This document shows positions 17,044-25,885 of a DNA stretch of 34,438 bases, piece by piece; position 1 is the first letter of the stretch, and each line of letters opens with the position of its first letter. This stretch comes from a virus (taxonomy: Duplodnaviria > Caudoviricetes), in IMG/VR virus record IMGVR_UViG_3300016666_000287, positions 1 to 34,438 of that record; one strand, given 5' to 3'. The position numbers and the translations under genes are program-made. The notes under the pieces were generated by a model. The model ran no database searches. It was not told the DNA's origin and saw nothing but the letters and a program-made list of their open reading frames with translations.

Positions 17044-17510
17044 TGAGCCTGCGTAACAAGATCGCCATAGGCGCGTTAACGGGTGTGCTGGGTATGACCG
17101 GTGCTCTTGTCAGCTGGTTTGAAGGCCGTTCACTGATGGCCTACCTCGACCCGGTGGGCATTCCGACCATCTGCGAAGGCGTCACCTTGGGCGTGAAGCT
17201 GGGCGATCAGGCCACACCGGCCCAGTGCGACCAGCTGCTGCAGCGTGAATTGCGTATCGCATTGACCGCGGTTGATCGCCAGGTACGGGTGCCGATGCCG
17301 GATACACGCCGCGCTGCCCTGGGATCCTTTGTTTACAACGTGGGGGAGGGCCAGTTTTCCAGCTCGACACTGCTGCGCCTGCTTAATGCTGGTGATGCAT
17401 GGGGCGCCTGCGCCCAGCTGTCGCGCTGGGTTTATGCCGGTGGCAAGCAGTTGGCCGGATTGGTGAACCGCCGCGCCGCCGAGCGTGAACTGTGCGAGGT
17501 CGGGCTATGA
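17043..17510 (+). CDS. GH24 lysozyme endolysin with probable SAR N-terminal anchor
   Basis: FEG....AYLDPVGIPTICEG (E-D-T triad), GLVNRR..E; Gly/Ala-rich hydrophobic N-terminus after RNK. Confidence 0.92.
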   Translation: MSLRNKIAIGALTGVLGMTGALVSWFEGRSLMAYLDPVGIPTICEGVTLGVKLGDQATPAQCDQLLQRELRIALTAVDRQVRVPMPDTRRAALGSFVYNVGEGQFSSSTLLRLLNAGDAWGACAQLSRWVYAGGKQLAGLVNRRAAERELCEVGL

Positions 17511-17938
17511 GTGCGCTCCCCACAAATCTGCTTTCGTTGGTGGCGTTCTTGGCCGCTTGGTTTTTGTTTAACCACCTCATCGATGAGCGCAACAGCGCCA
17601 AGCTTGAGGTGGTCGGACTACGCGAAGCGGCCCGTATCAGCGGCGAAATGCTGGCCGACCGCGACGAAAACGACCGAACCCGAACCGAGGAACTGAACCA
17701 TGCACTTTCTAAGAACGCTGACCTGCAGCGTGATGTTGCTGATGGCCGTCAGCGGTTGCGCATCAACGCCACCTGCCCAGTCGCCAAAGCCAGCCCCGGC
17801 AGCGTGGCTGATGCAGGCACCGCCGAACTCGCAGCAGACGCTCGATCGGATTATTTCACCCTCAGAAATCAGCTCGCCCTCAGTCGAGAAATGATTCTGG
17901 GCCTGCAAGACCACGTGCGCCGGATCTGCCTGCGTTGA
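17507..17938 (+). CDS. Rz: i-spanin (Rz-like)
   Basis: N-terminal TM segment, coiled coil, RLRINATC...DYFTLR...GLQDHVRRIC pattern. Confidence 0.88.
   Translation: MSALPTNLLSLVAFLAAWFLFNHLIDERNSAKLEVVGLREAARISGEMLADRDENDRTRTEELNHALSKNADLQRDVADGRQRLRINATCPVAKASPGSVADAGTAELAADARSDYFTLRNQLALSREMILGLQDHVRRICLR
17700..17894 (+). CDS. Rz1: o-spanin lipoprotein (Rz1-like), embedded in Rz in the +1 frame
   Basis: Signal peptide with lipobox VSG-C followed by Pro-rich PAPAAWLMQAPPN; wholly nested in Rz. Confidence 0.85.
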   Translation: MHFLRTLTCSVMLLMAVSGCASTPPAQSPKPAPAAWLMQAPPNSQQTLDRIISPSEISSPSVEK

Positions 17939-17972
17939 ATCACCCACTTTTAAACCTGAATGGAAAACACCC

Positions 17973-18260
17973 ATGTCTGAACGTCGCGAAATCACCCTGG
18001 AAGTTGGCGAAAAGGAATTCACCTTCGAGCTGACCCCGCAGGACGTGACCAAGTACTTCAATACCTTGACCCAGACCAACAAGGTGTCGCCCGCCAACAA
18101 CCTGCTGGTGACGACCGTTAAGCAAGAAGAACGCGCCTCTTTGAAAGCGCTGCTGGGAAACCCGCTGATGGTGATGAACCTGGCGGGCACGCTGTTGGAA
18201 GAGTACGGCCCGGACGTTGAAATCACCGTAAAAAAGCCCTCGAACACGCTGAGCGCCTGA
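17973..18260 (+). CDS. Tail assembly chaperone
   Basis: Upstream of the tape measure gene; slippery A-AAA-AAG at 18230-18236. Confidence 0.8.
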   Translation: MSERREITLEVGEKEFTFELTPQDVTKYFNTLTQTNKVSPANNLLVTTVKQEERASLKALLGNPLMVMNLAGTLLEEYGPDVEITVKKPSNTLSA

Positions 18261-18424
18261 GCGAAAACGGCTTGGGCCAGCTAGTGGCCCTGGCCAATCG
18301 CTGGCTGCCCGGCGCCGACCCCACCTACGAGGTGATGGGCACGGCCAAGTGGTTAGAGGACGAGCACTGGCGACGGATGGAAATCGCAGTGGCCAACGGT
18401 ATCGCCCACGCACTGAACGGATAA
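18230..18424 (+). CDS. -1 frameshift extension of the tail assembly chaperone (gpGT/E+E'-like)
   Basis: The -1 frame from AAAAAAG is open (KKALEHAERLSENGLGQLVALANRWLPG...AVANGIAHALNG) to TAA 18422-18424, 3 bp before the tape measure ATG; missing from the ORF track. Confidence 0.75.
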   Translation, partial: KKALEHAERLSENGLGQLVALANRWLPGADPTYEVMGTAKWLEDEHWRRMEIAVANGIAHALNG

Positions 18425-18427
18425 AAC

Positions 18428-20407
18428 ATGGCAGATCGCAGCGCAAAGCTGGCCTTTATTTTGAGCCTGACCGACAAGGTCACCGCGCCTTTGGGCAAGG
18501 TGAAAACCAGCTTTTCGGACTTGGCAGAACAGGGCCAAAACAACATCAAGACCATGGGCCTTGGGCTTGGGGGATTGGTGGGCGCTGGCGCGGCGATTAA
18601 ACAGTCCCTGGAACCGGCGCTGGAGATGAACCGCGCCTTGGGCGAAGTCCGATCGCTGGGCGTGGCCGAAGACGCGCTAGATGCCCTCAACCGCAAGTCG
18701 CTTGAATTCTCCGTGGCCTACGGGGCAAACGCCCGTGACTTTGTGGCCTCGGCGTACAGCATTGAGGGCGCAATCAAGGGCATGACCGGCAGCCAGCTGG
18801 CCACCTTTACCAACACCAGCAACCTGCTGGCCAAGGCCACCAAAACCGACGCTGAAACCATGGGTGCCTACGTGGGCACCATGTACAACCTGTTTAAAGA
18901 CCAGGCCGATGCCATGGGCAAAAGCCAATGGGTGGAGAAAATGGGCGGGCAAACCGCCCTAGCGGTGCAGCTGTTCCGTACCGACGGCGCCCAGCTCAAG
19001 GACGCCTTTAAAGAGTTCGGCGCGATCGCGACCACGGCAGGTGTCGACCTGGCTGAGCAATTCGCGGTTATTGGTTCGTTGAGCAGCACCATGGAAGGCG
19101 GCGATGCCGGGGGCATGTACAAAGCCCTGTTTGAAAACATCGGCGCCGCCTCGACCAAACTGGGGATCAAGTTCACCGATCAGAACGGCAAATTAATGCC
19201 GATGCTCGACATCCTGGACAAGCTGCAGGGCAAGTTTGGCGACCTGACCAGCGCGGCCAGTGGCACAGCGTTGGTCGATGCGTTCGGCGGCGAAGGTGCC
19301 CGGGTGATCGGTGCGCTGGCCAAGGACACTGGGCGCCTACGCAATGGCCTGGATCAACTGGGTAAGGTGCGCGGCCTGGAGAGCGCCGAGAAGATGGCCC
19401 AGGCCATGGTCGACCCGTGGCAGCAGTTCGGCGCTGCTGTGCAGGCGTTGCGTATTGCGTTCGGCCAAGCCCTGATCCCGATTCTGGGGCCACTAATGGC
19501 CAAACTGACCGGGGTGGCCCAAACCCTGACACGTTGGTCGCAATTGTTCCCGAACATCACCCGGGTAATCAGCATCACCTCGTTGACCATCCTCACGATC
19601 ACCGCAGCTATGTCCGCGCTCACGCTGGCCGTGGGCATAGGGAAAATGGTCTGGCTGGGGATGATTACGGTTTGGAAAGTACTCACCTGGACGGGCTACC
19701 GCAGCATTGCCATGTTTCTGTTTCACACGGCCATGGTCACCGCGTTTGTGGTCAGCTTGGTGGCCATGGCCACGTGGGCGGGCATCGTTCGCGGCGCCAT
19801 GCTGCTGTGGCAAGGCGCTATCTGGCTGGTCAACACGGCTCTGCTGGCCAACCCTGTGATCTGGGTCGTGGTCGGGATTGTCGCGCTGGTCGCTGCCGTG
19901 GTGGCCGCTGCCTATTACTGGGACGAGTGGACATCCGCGCTACTCAACAGTGCTGCGTTCAAGTGGGTCAGTGACCAGCTGCAGGGCCTCAGTGACTGGT
20001 TCAGCTCGATGGGCGGCTGGTCAGGCATGGCCAAGGCGGCGTGGGACGGGATCATCAACATCTTTAAAAACGCCATCAATGGCTTGATCGAGATGCTGAA
20101 CAAGATCCCCGGCGTGAAGATCGATGCGGCCTTTGGCGCCTTGCCAGAGATGCCCAGTACGAAGATGGCCATGTCTGCAGCCGACCAGGCGGGACGTGGC
20201 GAAAAGCTCCAACAAACCCTCAATTCATCCATGCCCAGCCTGTCGCCAACACGGGCCAGCGCTGTGCCCCAGGGCGGATTCCTGAAAAGCATCCAGAACA
20301 ACCAGACCCAGAACAAAGGCACGCACGTGGAGAAAGTCGAGATCCACAACAGCAAGCCGATGAGCCCGCTGGAGATGGAAAACATGATCGGCATGGCGGT
20401 GGGCTGA
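18428..20407 (+). CDS. Tail tape measure protein
   Basis: 659 aa, Ala/Gly-rich helical; LSLTDKVTAPL N-terminus; hydrophobic ANPVIWVV region; synteny. Confidence 0.92.
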   Translation: MADRSAKLAFILSLTDKVTAPLGKVKTSFSDLAEQGQNNIKTMGLGLGGLVGAGAAIKQSLEPALEMNRALGEVRSLGVAEDALDALNRKSLEFSVAYGANARDFVASAYSIEGAIKGMTGSQLATFTNTSNLLAKATKTDAETMGAYVGTMYNLFKDQADAMGKSQWVEKMGGQTALAVQLFRTDGAQLKDAFKEFGAIATTAGVDLAEQFAVIGSLSSTMEGGDAGGMYKALFENIGAASTKLGIKFTDQNGKLMPMLDILDKLQGKFGDLTSAASGTALVDAFGGEGARVIGALAKDTGRLRNGLDQLGKVRGLESAEKMAQAMVDPWQQFGAAVQALRIAFGQALIPILGPLMAKLTGVAQTLTRWSQLFPNITRVISITSLTILTITAAMSALTLAVGIGKMVWLGMITVWKVLTWTGYRSIAMFLFHTAMVTAFVVSLVAMATWAGIVRGAMLLWQGAIWLVNTALLANPVIWVVVGIVALVAAVVAAAYYWDEWTSALLNSAAFKWVSDQLQGLSDWFSSMGGWSGMAKAAWDGIINIFKNAINGLIEMLNKIPGVKIDAAFGALPEMPSTKMAMSAADQAGRGEKLQQTLNSSMPSLSPTRASAVPQGGFLKSIQNNQTQNKGTHVEKVEIHNSKPMSPLEMENMIGMAVG

Positions 20408-20724
20408 TGAAGCTTTATATCGATCTGCTGATCACTGACAACGACCTGACTCTGGATCCTTCCAACCAGCCCGTGCTGATCGATGACCGGGGCAGCATCG
20501 CCCAGGACATCGCCCACATGATCCGCGAAAGCGGGCTGCTGGTGAGGCTGGTAGCCGAGCGCGACCGTTTCCAGCGTGCCGACTGCATCCAGCAAATGGA
20601 GCTGATCGTGGAAGACGACCAGCGTCTGGTGCCTGGGACAGCTCGGATCATCGACCAGAAAGACGGGCAGTACCTGGTCACTGCCCAAACCGTTGAATTT
20701 GGCCTTATCGAGGTGGCTGTGTGA
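20407..20724 (+). CDS. Baseplate wedge/sheath initiator (DUF2590, gp25/gpW-like)
   Basis: YIDLLI...SIAQDIAHMIRESGL...VEDDQRLVPGT; synteny. Confidence 0.75.
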   Translation: MKLYIDLLITDNDLTLDPSNQPVLIDDRGSIAQDIAHMIRESGLLVRLVAERDRFQRADCIQQMELIVEDDQRLVPGTARIIDQKDGQYLVTAQTVEFGLIEVAV

Positions 20725-21902
20725 GCGAAATAGATTTTAAACAGGCGCTGGCAGATGCTGGCATCCCGACCACCAAGGCCAAGTTGCGTCAGGCATGGGA
20801 GGCCGAAGTGGCAGCCCAGGGCAGCAAGCTGAGCAACAGCAGTGGCTGGTCGCCATTCTGGCGGGTGATTACGGCGCTGGTGACTACGCCCGTGCTGTGG
20901 CTGATCGAGTTCATTGCAGACACCGTGCTGCCGAACTTCTTTGTGAAAACCGCAAAGGGTGCCTGGCTGGACATGCTCGCCTGGGCCGTGAACGTCACCC
21001 GCAAAGCCTCGACCAAAGCCGAAGGCGTATTGCTGTTCACCCGCGTCAGCAGCGCCGGGGTGCTGGAAGTACCTGCAGGCACCCGGGTGCAATCCGTGTC
21101 GATCAACGGCAACGTCTACGAGCTGTTGACCACGGGCATGGGGTCATTCGCCGATGGTGAGTTTCAGGTCAAGGTGCCAGCCCGGGCCAAAGAGGCCGGA
21201 AGCGGTTTTAACCTTGCACCAGGTTATTACTCGATCCTCCCCGAGCCGGTGCCCGGGGTGATTCTGGCGGTCAATGCTGACAACTGGCTGAGCCAGCCCG
21301 GGGCGGATATTGAGCTCGACGACGACTTGCGCCTGCGCGTGCGTAACCAGTTCTCGGCGGTCAACCAATGGCACACCGACGCGGTGTATCGCGCCATGAT
21401 CGCCGTGTTCCCCGGTGTGCAGGCAGATGGCGTTTACTTTGAACACAATGCCCCGCGTGGCCCGGGCAGTGCCAATGCCTACCTGTTGTTTGAAGCTGAC
21501 ACCCCAGCAGCCAGTTACCTGGCGCAAATCAACGACTATATCCGCGACTCGGGCAACCATGGCCACGGCGATGACCTGCTGGTGTTTGAAATGCCCGCCA
21601 CCCATCACACGGTAAAGGTCAGGATCTGGCCCAAAGCCGAGCTGGGTGCTGAACGCCATCCGGCGTTGAAGGCCGACATCGAGCTGTACATCCGTGCGGC
21701 GTTCCGCGAAAGCACGGATAGCGATTTCAAACCGGCGCCGACGCTGACCCATCCCCAGTCGCGTTTTTCCTTCAGCCGCTTGGGCGAGGAGCTGCACCAG
21801 CAATTCCCAGGCATAGACTCGCTGGACTTCGACAACACCGACATCGTGTCAGAGCTGACCATCCCACGGCTGGCCGGGGTTGAGGTGTCGCTCAATGCTT
21901 AA
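20721..21902 (+). CDS. Baseplate J/gp47-family protein
   Basis: SPFWRVI, GSGFNL, PGADIELDDDLRLR, PRGPGSAN motifs. Confidence 0.9.
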   Translation: MSEIDFKQALADAGIPTTKAKLRQAWEAEVAAQGSKLSNSSGWSPFWRVITALVTTPVLWLIEFIADTVLPNFFVKTAKGAWLDMLAWAVNVTRKASTKAEGVLLFTRVSSAGVLEVPAGTRVQSVSINGNVYELLTTGMGSFADGEFQVKVPARAKEAGSGFNLAPGYYSILPEPVPGVILAVNADNWLSQPGADIELDDDLRLRVRNQFSAVNQWHTDAVYRAMIAVFPGVQADGVYFEHNAPRGPGSANAYLLFEADTPAASYLAQINDYIRDSGNHGHGDDLLVFEMPATHHTVKVRIWPKAELGAERHPALKADIELYIRAAFRESTDSDFKPAPTLTHPQSRFSFSRLGEELHQQFPGIDSLDFDNTDIVSELTIPRLAGVEVSLNA

Positions 21903-22512
21903 GCTGCGTTTGCCCTTCTGGCTGGACGGCCCTGAGCTGGCCAAGCTCAAGGCTGCCGCCCAGTCCTGGTGGGAAATGGTCGAGGGCTGGATGCGCTGGC
22001 CGCTGCTGCAGCTGGACGCCGAAACCTGCCACCTGAGCGTGCTGGACATGCTCGCTTGGCAACGGGACATCACGCGCTTTCGAACTGAAAAGGAGGCGCT
22101 GTATCGATCCCGGGTCAAGTACGCCTTTATCAACGCGGTAGACGGCGGATCCACGGCGGGCCTGAAAAGGATCTTTGAGCGCCTGGGCGTGGGCTATGTG
22201 GAGATTGTCGAGCGACAGCCTGACCGCGATTGGGACGTGATCGAGCTGCGCCTTTCTGAATCCCAACTGAGTAAAAACCCCGAGCTGTTGCGCGTGATCG
22301 CCCAGCAGTACGGGCGCACTTGTCGCCGTTATGAGTTCGTCAATTTCTCACCGCTGACCCTGCAGCTGCAGACCGTGGAATTCAACGACGACCAGCAAAC
22401 CTTCGGTGCCTCGATCCTTGCCGAGGAGCAGACCCAGCTGGATGAACTGAACCGCAGCGTGGCCCGGGCGTACTACTTCACCCACGTTGAATTGCCTGAA
22501 TATCTGGGATAA
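21895..22512 (+). CDS. Baseplate wedge / tail protein I-like, with C-terminal extension
   Basis: LPFWL...LAWQRDITRF..E...YR.RVKYA..NA.D.GS..G...IFERLG...YGRTCRRYEF; extra ~30-aa helical tail. Confidence 0.85.
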   Translation: MLKLRLPFWLDGPELAKLKAAAQSWWEMVEGWMRWPLLQLDAETCHLSVLDMLAWQRDITRFRTEKEALYRSRVKYAFINAVDGGSTAGLKRIFERLGVGYVEIVERQPDRDWDVIELRLSESQLSKNPELLRVIAQQYGRTCRRYEFVNFSPLTLQLQTVEFNDDQQTFGASILAEEQTQLDELNRSVARAYYFTHVELPEYLG

Positions 22513-22514
22513 CC

Positions 22515-23036
22515 ATGAGCGAACTGTCCGAACTACAAGCCGCCGAAATCGCCAAGCTGCAAGCCTTGGGCAAGGCCTGGAATCAATTCCACCACGGGGC
22601 CAGCGATGAGTTGGTGCCGACCGACGCGGGCAATATTCCGACCTTGTCGGGGCTGGCCAAGGTGATCTTTGACGCCATGGGCGGCGTGTTGCTGCCGGTG
22701 CTGGAAACCATCAACGCTGCAGGCCCGGCTGTCGCCCTGGACATCGATCCTTTGCGCCGGGTGTCGGCGTTCGACATCACGCTGACAGCCCCTGAGTGCG
22801 CGCTGTCATTGCTCAACGAGCAGGTGCCGGCCGGTTATTCGCGGGCCATTAGCCTGACCCTGAGACAGGGCAGCGGCGCCAACAAAGTGCAGTGGCCATC
22901 GAACGTGGTGTGGGCCTACAACCGCCAACCGGTGCTGTCGTATGTACCCGGGGCGTATGACCAGGTCACGTTGGTGCATGACCCGATTGCACACAATTGG
23001 CGCGGGATGGTCGACGGGGGCTGGTTCAATGTTTAG
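22515..23036 (+). CDS. Hypothetical tail-associated adaptor protein (173 aa)
   Basis: Tightly coupled to its neighbours; N-terminal helix plus VPTDAGNIPTL (resembles tailspike anchor segments) and a beta-rich C-terminal domain. Confidence 0.6.
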   Translation: MSELSELQAAEIAKLQALGKAWNQFHHGASDELVPTDAGNIPTLSGLAKVIFDAMGGVLLPVLETINAAGPAVALDIDPLRRVSAFDITLTAPECALSLLNEQVPAGYSRAISLTLRQGSGANKVQWPSNVVWAYNRQPVLSYVPGAYDQVTLVHDPIAHNWRGMVDGGWFNV

Positions 23037-25863
23037 CACCGCACTCGACAGCCGCCCATTGGTCGGCAGCCGCAACCCGGGCGTGGCCAACGCACTGTCG
23101 ATGATCGAGGGCCACCACCGGTTTCTGCTGAGCAATACCGGCGACACTGCCGATGCCACGCTGCAGCACTTCGTGCAAAACACTCAGGGCGTTCTGGCGA
23201 ACAATCGGCACTTTATTGCCCATTCGCAAATGGAGTACCAGCCCAACGGCGACGGCACGACCGAGGGCCAGTCCCTGCACATCATTGGCTACGCCTATGC
23301 CTACTTGGCCACGGGCGAAGCCGAGTATCTGGCTGCAGCTCGCAAACACTGGGATGCGTACCTTACGTATTTCTACGCTGGCCAGCCCATCCCGGATACA
23401 CCGTCGCGCTGGATTGCCAACTGGATTGTTAACGCCAAGGAACCGGTGCTGGCCAACTGGCCGATCGATCCGGTGAACCCAACGCAGAGCGGTTTTAAAG
23501 GCGTACCTTTTGAGTTTGTCGACGGTTTCACCCGCATTCCACACGGTGCGCCGCACTGGGGCGAGTACCTGGACAAGGCTACTTTTGCCTTTGAAGGGGA
23601 TCTGGCCTGGAACGCGATCAATGCGTCCGTAAAAGCTCGCAAAGAGGATGGTTCGACCGACTGGAGCGCCGACGGTAAACAGTTCGACGTGGATTGGGTG
23701 ATTGTCTGGACGGGGCAAAAGATCGATGCCAACGGTCGCGAGCTGTCCACCGGACATGATGCGGCCGAGTTTGGCTCCGTCCAGCTCAGGGACACCACGC
23801 TGCAGGGCGAGTACCCATTCAATTACGCCACGCGCCAACCGGTGGAGTTCGGCGGGCAGTACATCCCGCGCAACGCGGTGCAGCACAACCGCCCGTTGCA
23901 CGTGCCGCTACTGGGCAGCGCCAACCAGATGGGCAATGCCGCCGACGGTGAGGAATGGTTCGCTGACGCCTGCTATCTGCTGTGGAAAATCACTGGCGAG
24001 GAGCCCTATAAAAAGGCGCTGGATTCGTGCCTGTTCACGGCCCACGAATACACGCAGATCGACTCCCTGGATAAGTTCTTCCGTCAGTCCATGGCGGCCA
24101 CAACACCGTTCACTGACGGCATTTCCTACGGCTTTGTGTATCCCAAGACTGTGCAATCCACGTACGGACGCGATACGGCGGGGTTTATCACCGCCCAATT
24201 TGATCGAGCGGCCAGCCTGTCCCTTGAGCAGCAATCAATCTGGTTTCGTCTCGATCAACAGTCAGGATTCTTGACCACCTTTGGCGGTGTCGGCGTGGAT
24301 GGCGCGCCCGTTGAAGCCCGGGTGGAAGTGCTGCTAAGCAGCGACAAGATCGATGCGAACGGTAAAAAGTGGGGGTTTGCGTTGCCGCTGTCGACCAGCC
24401 TGGAGCCGATCGCCTACGACGTGCCCCTGAGCAGCCTTTATCAAATGGTACGGGATGACGGCTCGGCCTACATCACCGCCGATGCGTCCGCCGTGACCGA
24501 TTACGGCGGCCTGGTCATTACCCAGCACTACGACACGACGGTACTGGGCAACCGCCGAGCGAACACCATCACCGCGTTTTTTCCGGACGATGACGCGGGT
24601 TTTATCGTCGGCAACTGGACTAGCGGCACCGGACGCGCGCCGATCAACTCGATCACCTACAAATCCAATGGCGAGACAGACCTACGGATCGAGGACGCGG
24701 ACGGGTGGCGGTGGTATTGGTTGCTTGAAAACACCCTGGACACCTGGATCACCAAAGACCTGTTGCCCGGTGACCTGGTGCTGTCCGGTTATCAGCCCAA
24801 CCATTCCGATGATCCAGATCCTGCAGGCCCGGTTTACACCGAGGTCGACCAGTTCACGGTGATTCTTGAAAACGGTTCGGACAAGGACATTAGTTGGACG
24901 TATGCCTACGTCAACGACGTGCCGCCGCTGTACACCCTGGACGACGGCTACAGCCTCAATTACCGGCTGACCCTGACCTGTGCCGAGGCATTCAGCGCCA
25001 AAGTGGGGGATTGCACGGTGACCGGCTTTCGCGACGACTCGCTGGCCTACACCCCGGGTTTGATCCCGTTTTCCAACATCTACGAGGAAGGTTCAGCCCA
25101 AATCGGCGCATGGCACGGGATGCCATACCCGGGCTACCAGTACCCGTTTATCTACACCCTGGAACCGGAGAAGTACGCCCGGCACCTGGGCAACATGGTC
25201 GACTTCCTGCACGACTCTCAACAGTGGTACGCCGCCAAGTTCGGCCAGCTCGGCCCGGGCGCGAGCGCCTACGTGTGGAACCGTTGGGACAACTTCAAGT
25301 ACGGCACGCCGGACACCTTCACCATGAATCACTGGGGTGACGGCACTGCTTGGTCTGGCTACCAGCCCAGGGCATTTCAGGGCGCATGCCGTGCCTGGCA
25401 GCAACTGGTCGAGGACGGCAAACCTGTACCGGAAAAGTTGAAGGCGTATGTCGGCAACTGGATTAACTGGTTGGGCGAGTTTGTCAGCCAGCACAACGGC
25501 GTACTGCCCACCGACTTTCCAATGACCAGCGTTCCCCAGCCAGTGCCTGACGACTTCACCGGGCACATGACCGGCCTGTGGTTGTCCGGCGCCTGCATGG
25601 CTGCCATGGCGGGCTGTAAACACCCGCAGCTGAACACGTTGATCGAGGCATGCGTCACCGAGCTGCAAAGCAACTACGTGGTAACGCCTGTACCTGGTCA
25701 ACCCATGAACGGTTGCTGGAGTCCGGCGGTTCGCCTTGGAACCGATAACGGCATGTTCTTTGGCTTCTGGGCCGGGGAGATCCTGCGCGGCCTGGGCATG
25801 TACATCTTGCTTAAACAACTTGGCCCCGGGGCGAGCATTTTCGACCGCCATCCACACGCTTAA
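23029..25863 (+). CDS. Large virion-associated protein (944 aa) with GH8-like glycoside hydrolase motifs; putative depolymerase/second receptor-binding protein
   Basis: TTEGQSLHIIGY and NAADGEEWFA resemble the GH8 SEGQ and ATDGD catalytic segments; Trp/Tyr-rich beta-type central region; located between baseplate and fibre genes. The ORF is certain, the function is inferred. Confidence 0.6.
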   Translation: MFSTALDSRPLVGSRNPGVANALSMIEGHHRFLLSNTGDTADATLQHFVQNTQGVLANNRHFIAHSQMEYQPNGDGTTEGQSLHIIGYAYAYLATGEAEYLAAARKHWDAYLTYFYAGQPIPDTPSRWIANWIVNAKEPVLANWPIDPVNPTQSGFKGVPFEFVDGFTRIPHGAPHWGEYLDKATFAFEGDLAWNAINASVKARKEDGSTDWSADGKQFDVDWVIVWTGQKIDANGRELSTGHDAAEFGSVQLRDTTLQGEYPFNYATRQPVEFGGQYIPRNAVQHNRPLHVPLLGSANQMGNAADGEEWFADACYLLWKITGEEPYKKALDSCLFTAHEYTQIDSLDKFFRQSMAATTPFTDGISYGFVYPKTVQSTYGRDTAGFITAQFDRAASLSLEQQSIWFRLDQQSGFLTTFGGVGVDGAPVEARVEVLLSSDKIDANGKKWGFALPLSTSLEPIAYDVPLSSLYQMVRDDGSAYITADASAVTDYGGLVITQHYDTTVLGNRRANTITAFFPDDDAGFIVGNWTSGTGRAPINSITYKSNGETDLRIEDADGWRWYWLLENTLDTWITKDLLPGDLVLSGYQPNHSDDPDPAGPVYTEVDQFTVILENGSDKDISWTYAYVNDVPPLYTLDDGYSLNYRLTLTCAEAFSAKVGDCTVTGFRDDSLAYTPGLIPFSNIYEEGSAQIGAWHGMPYPGYQYPFIYTLEPEKYARHLGNMVDFLHDSQQWYAAKFGQLGPGASAYVWNRWDNFKYGTPDTFTMNHWGDGTAWSGYQPRAFQGACRAWQQLVEDGKPVPEKLKAYVGNWINWLGEFVSQHNGVLPTDFPMTSVPQPVPDDFTGHMTGLWLSGACMAAMAGCKHPQLNTLIEACVTELQSNYVVTPVPGQPMNGCWSPAVRLGTDNGMFFGFWAGEILRGLGMYILLKQLGPGASIFDRHPHA

Positions 25864-25885
25864 AAATTACTGAACAGGTAGACGC

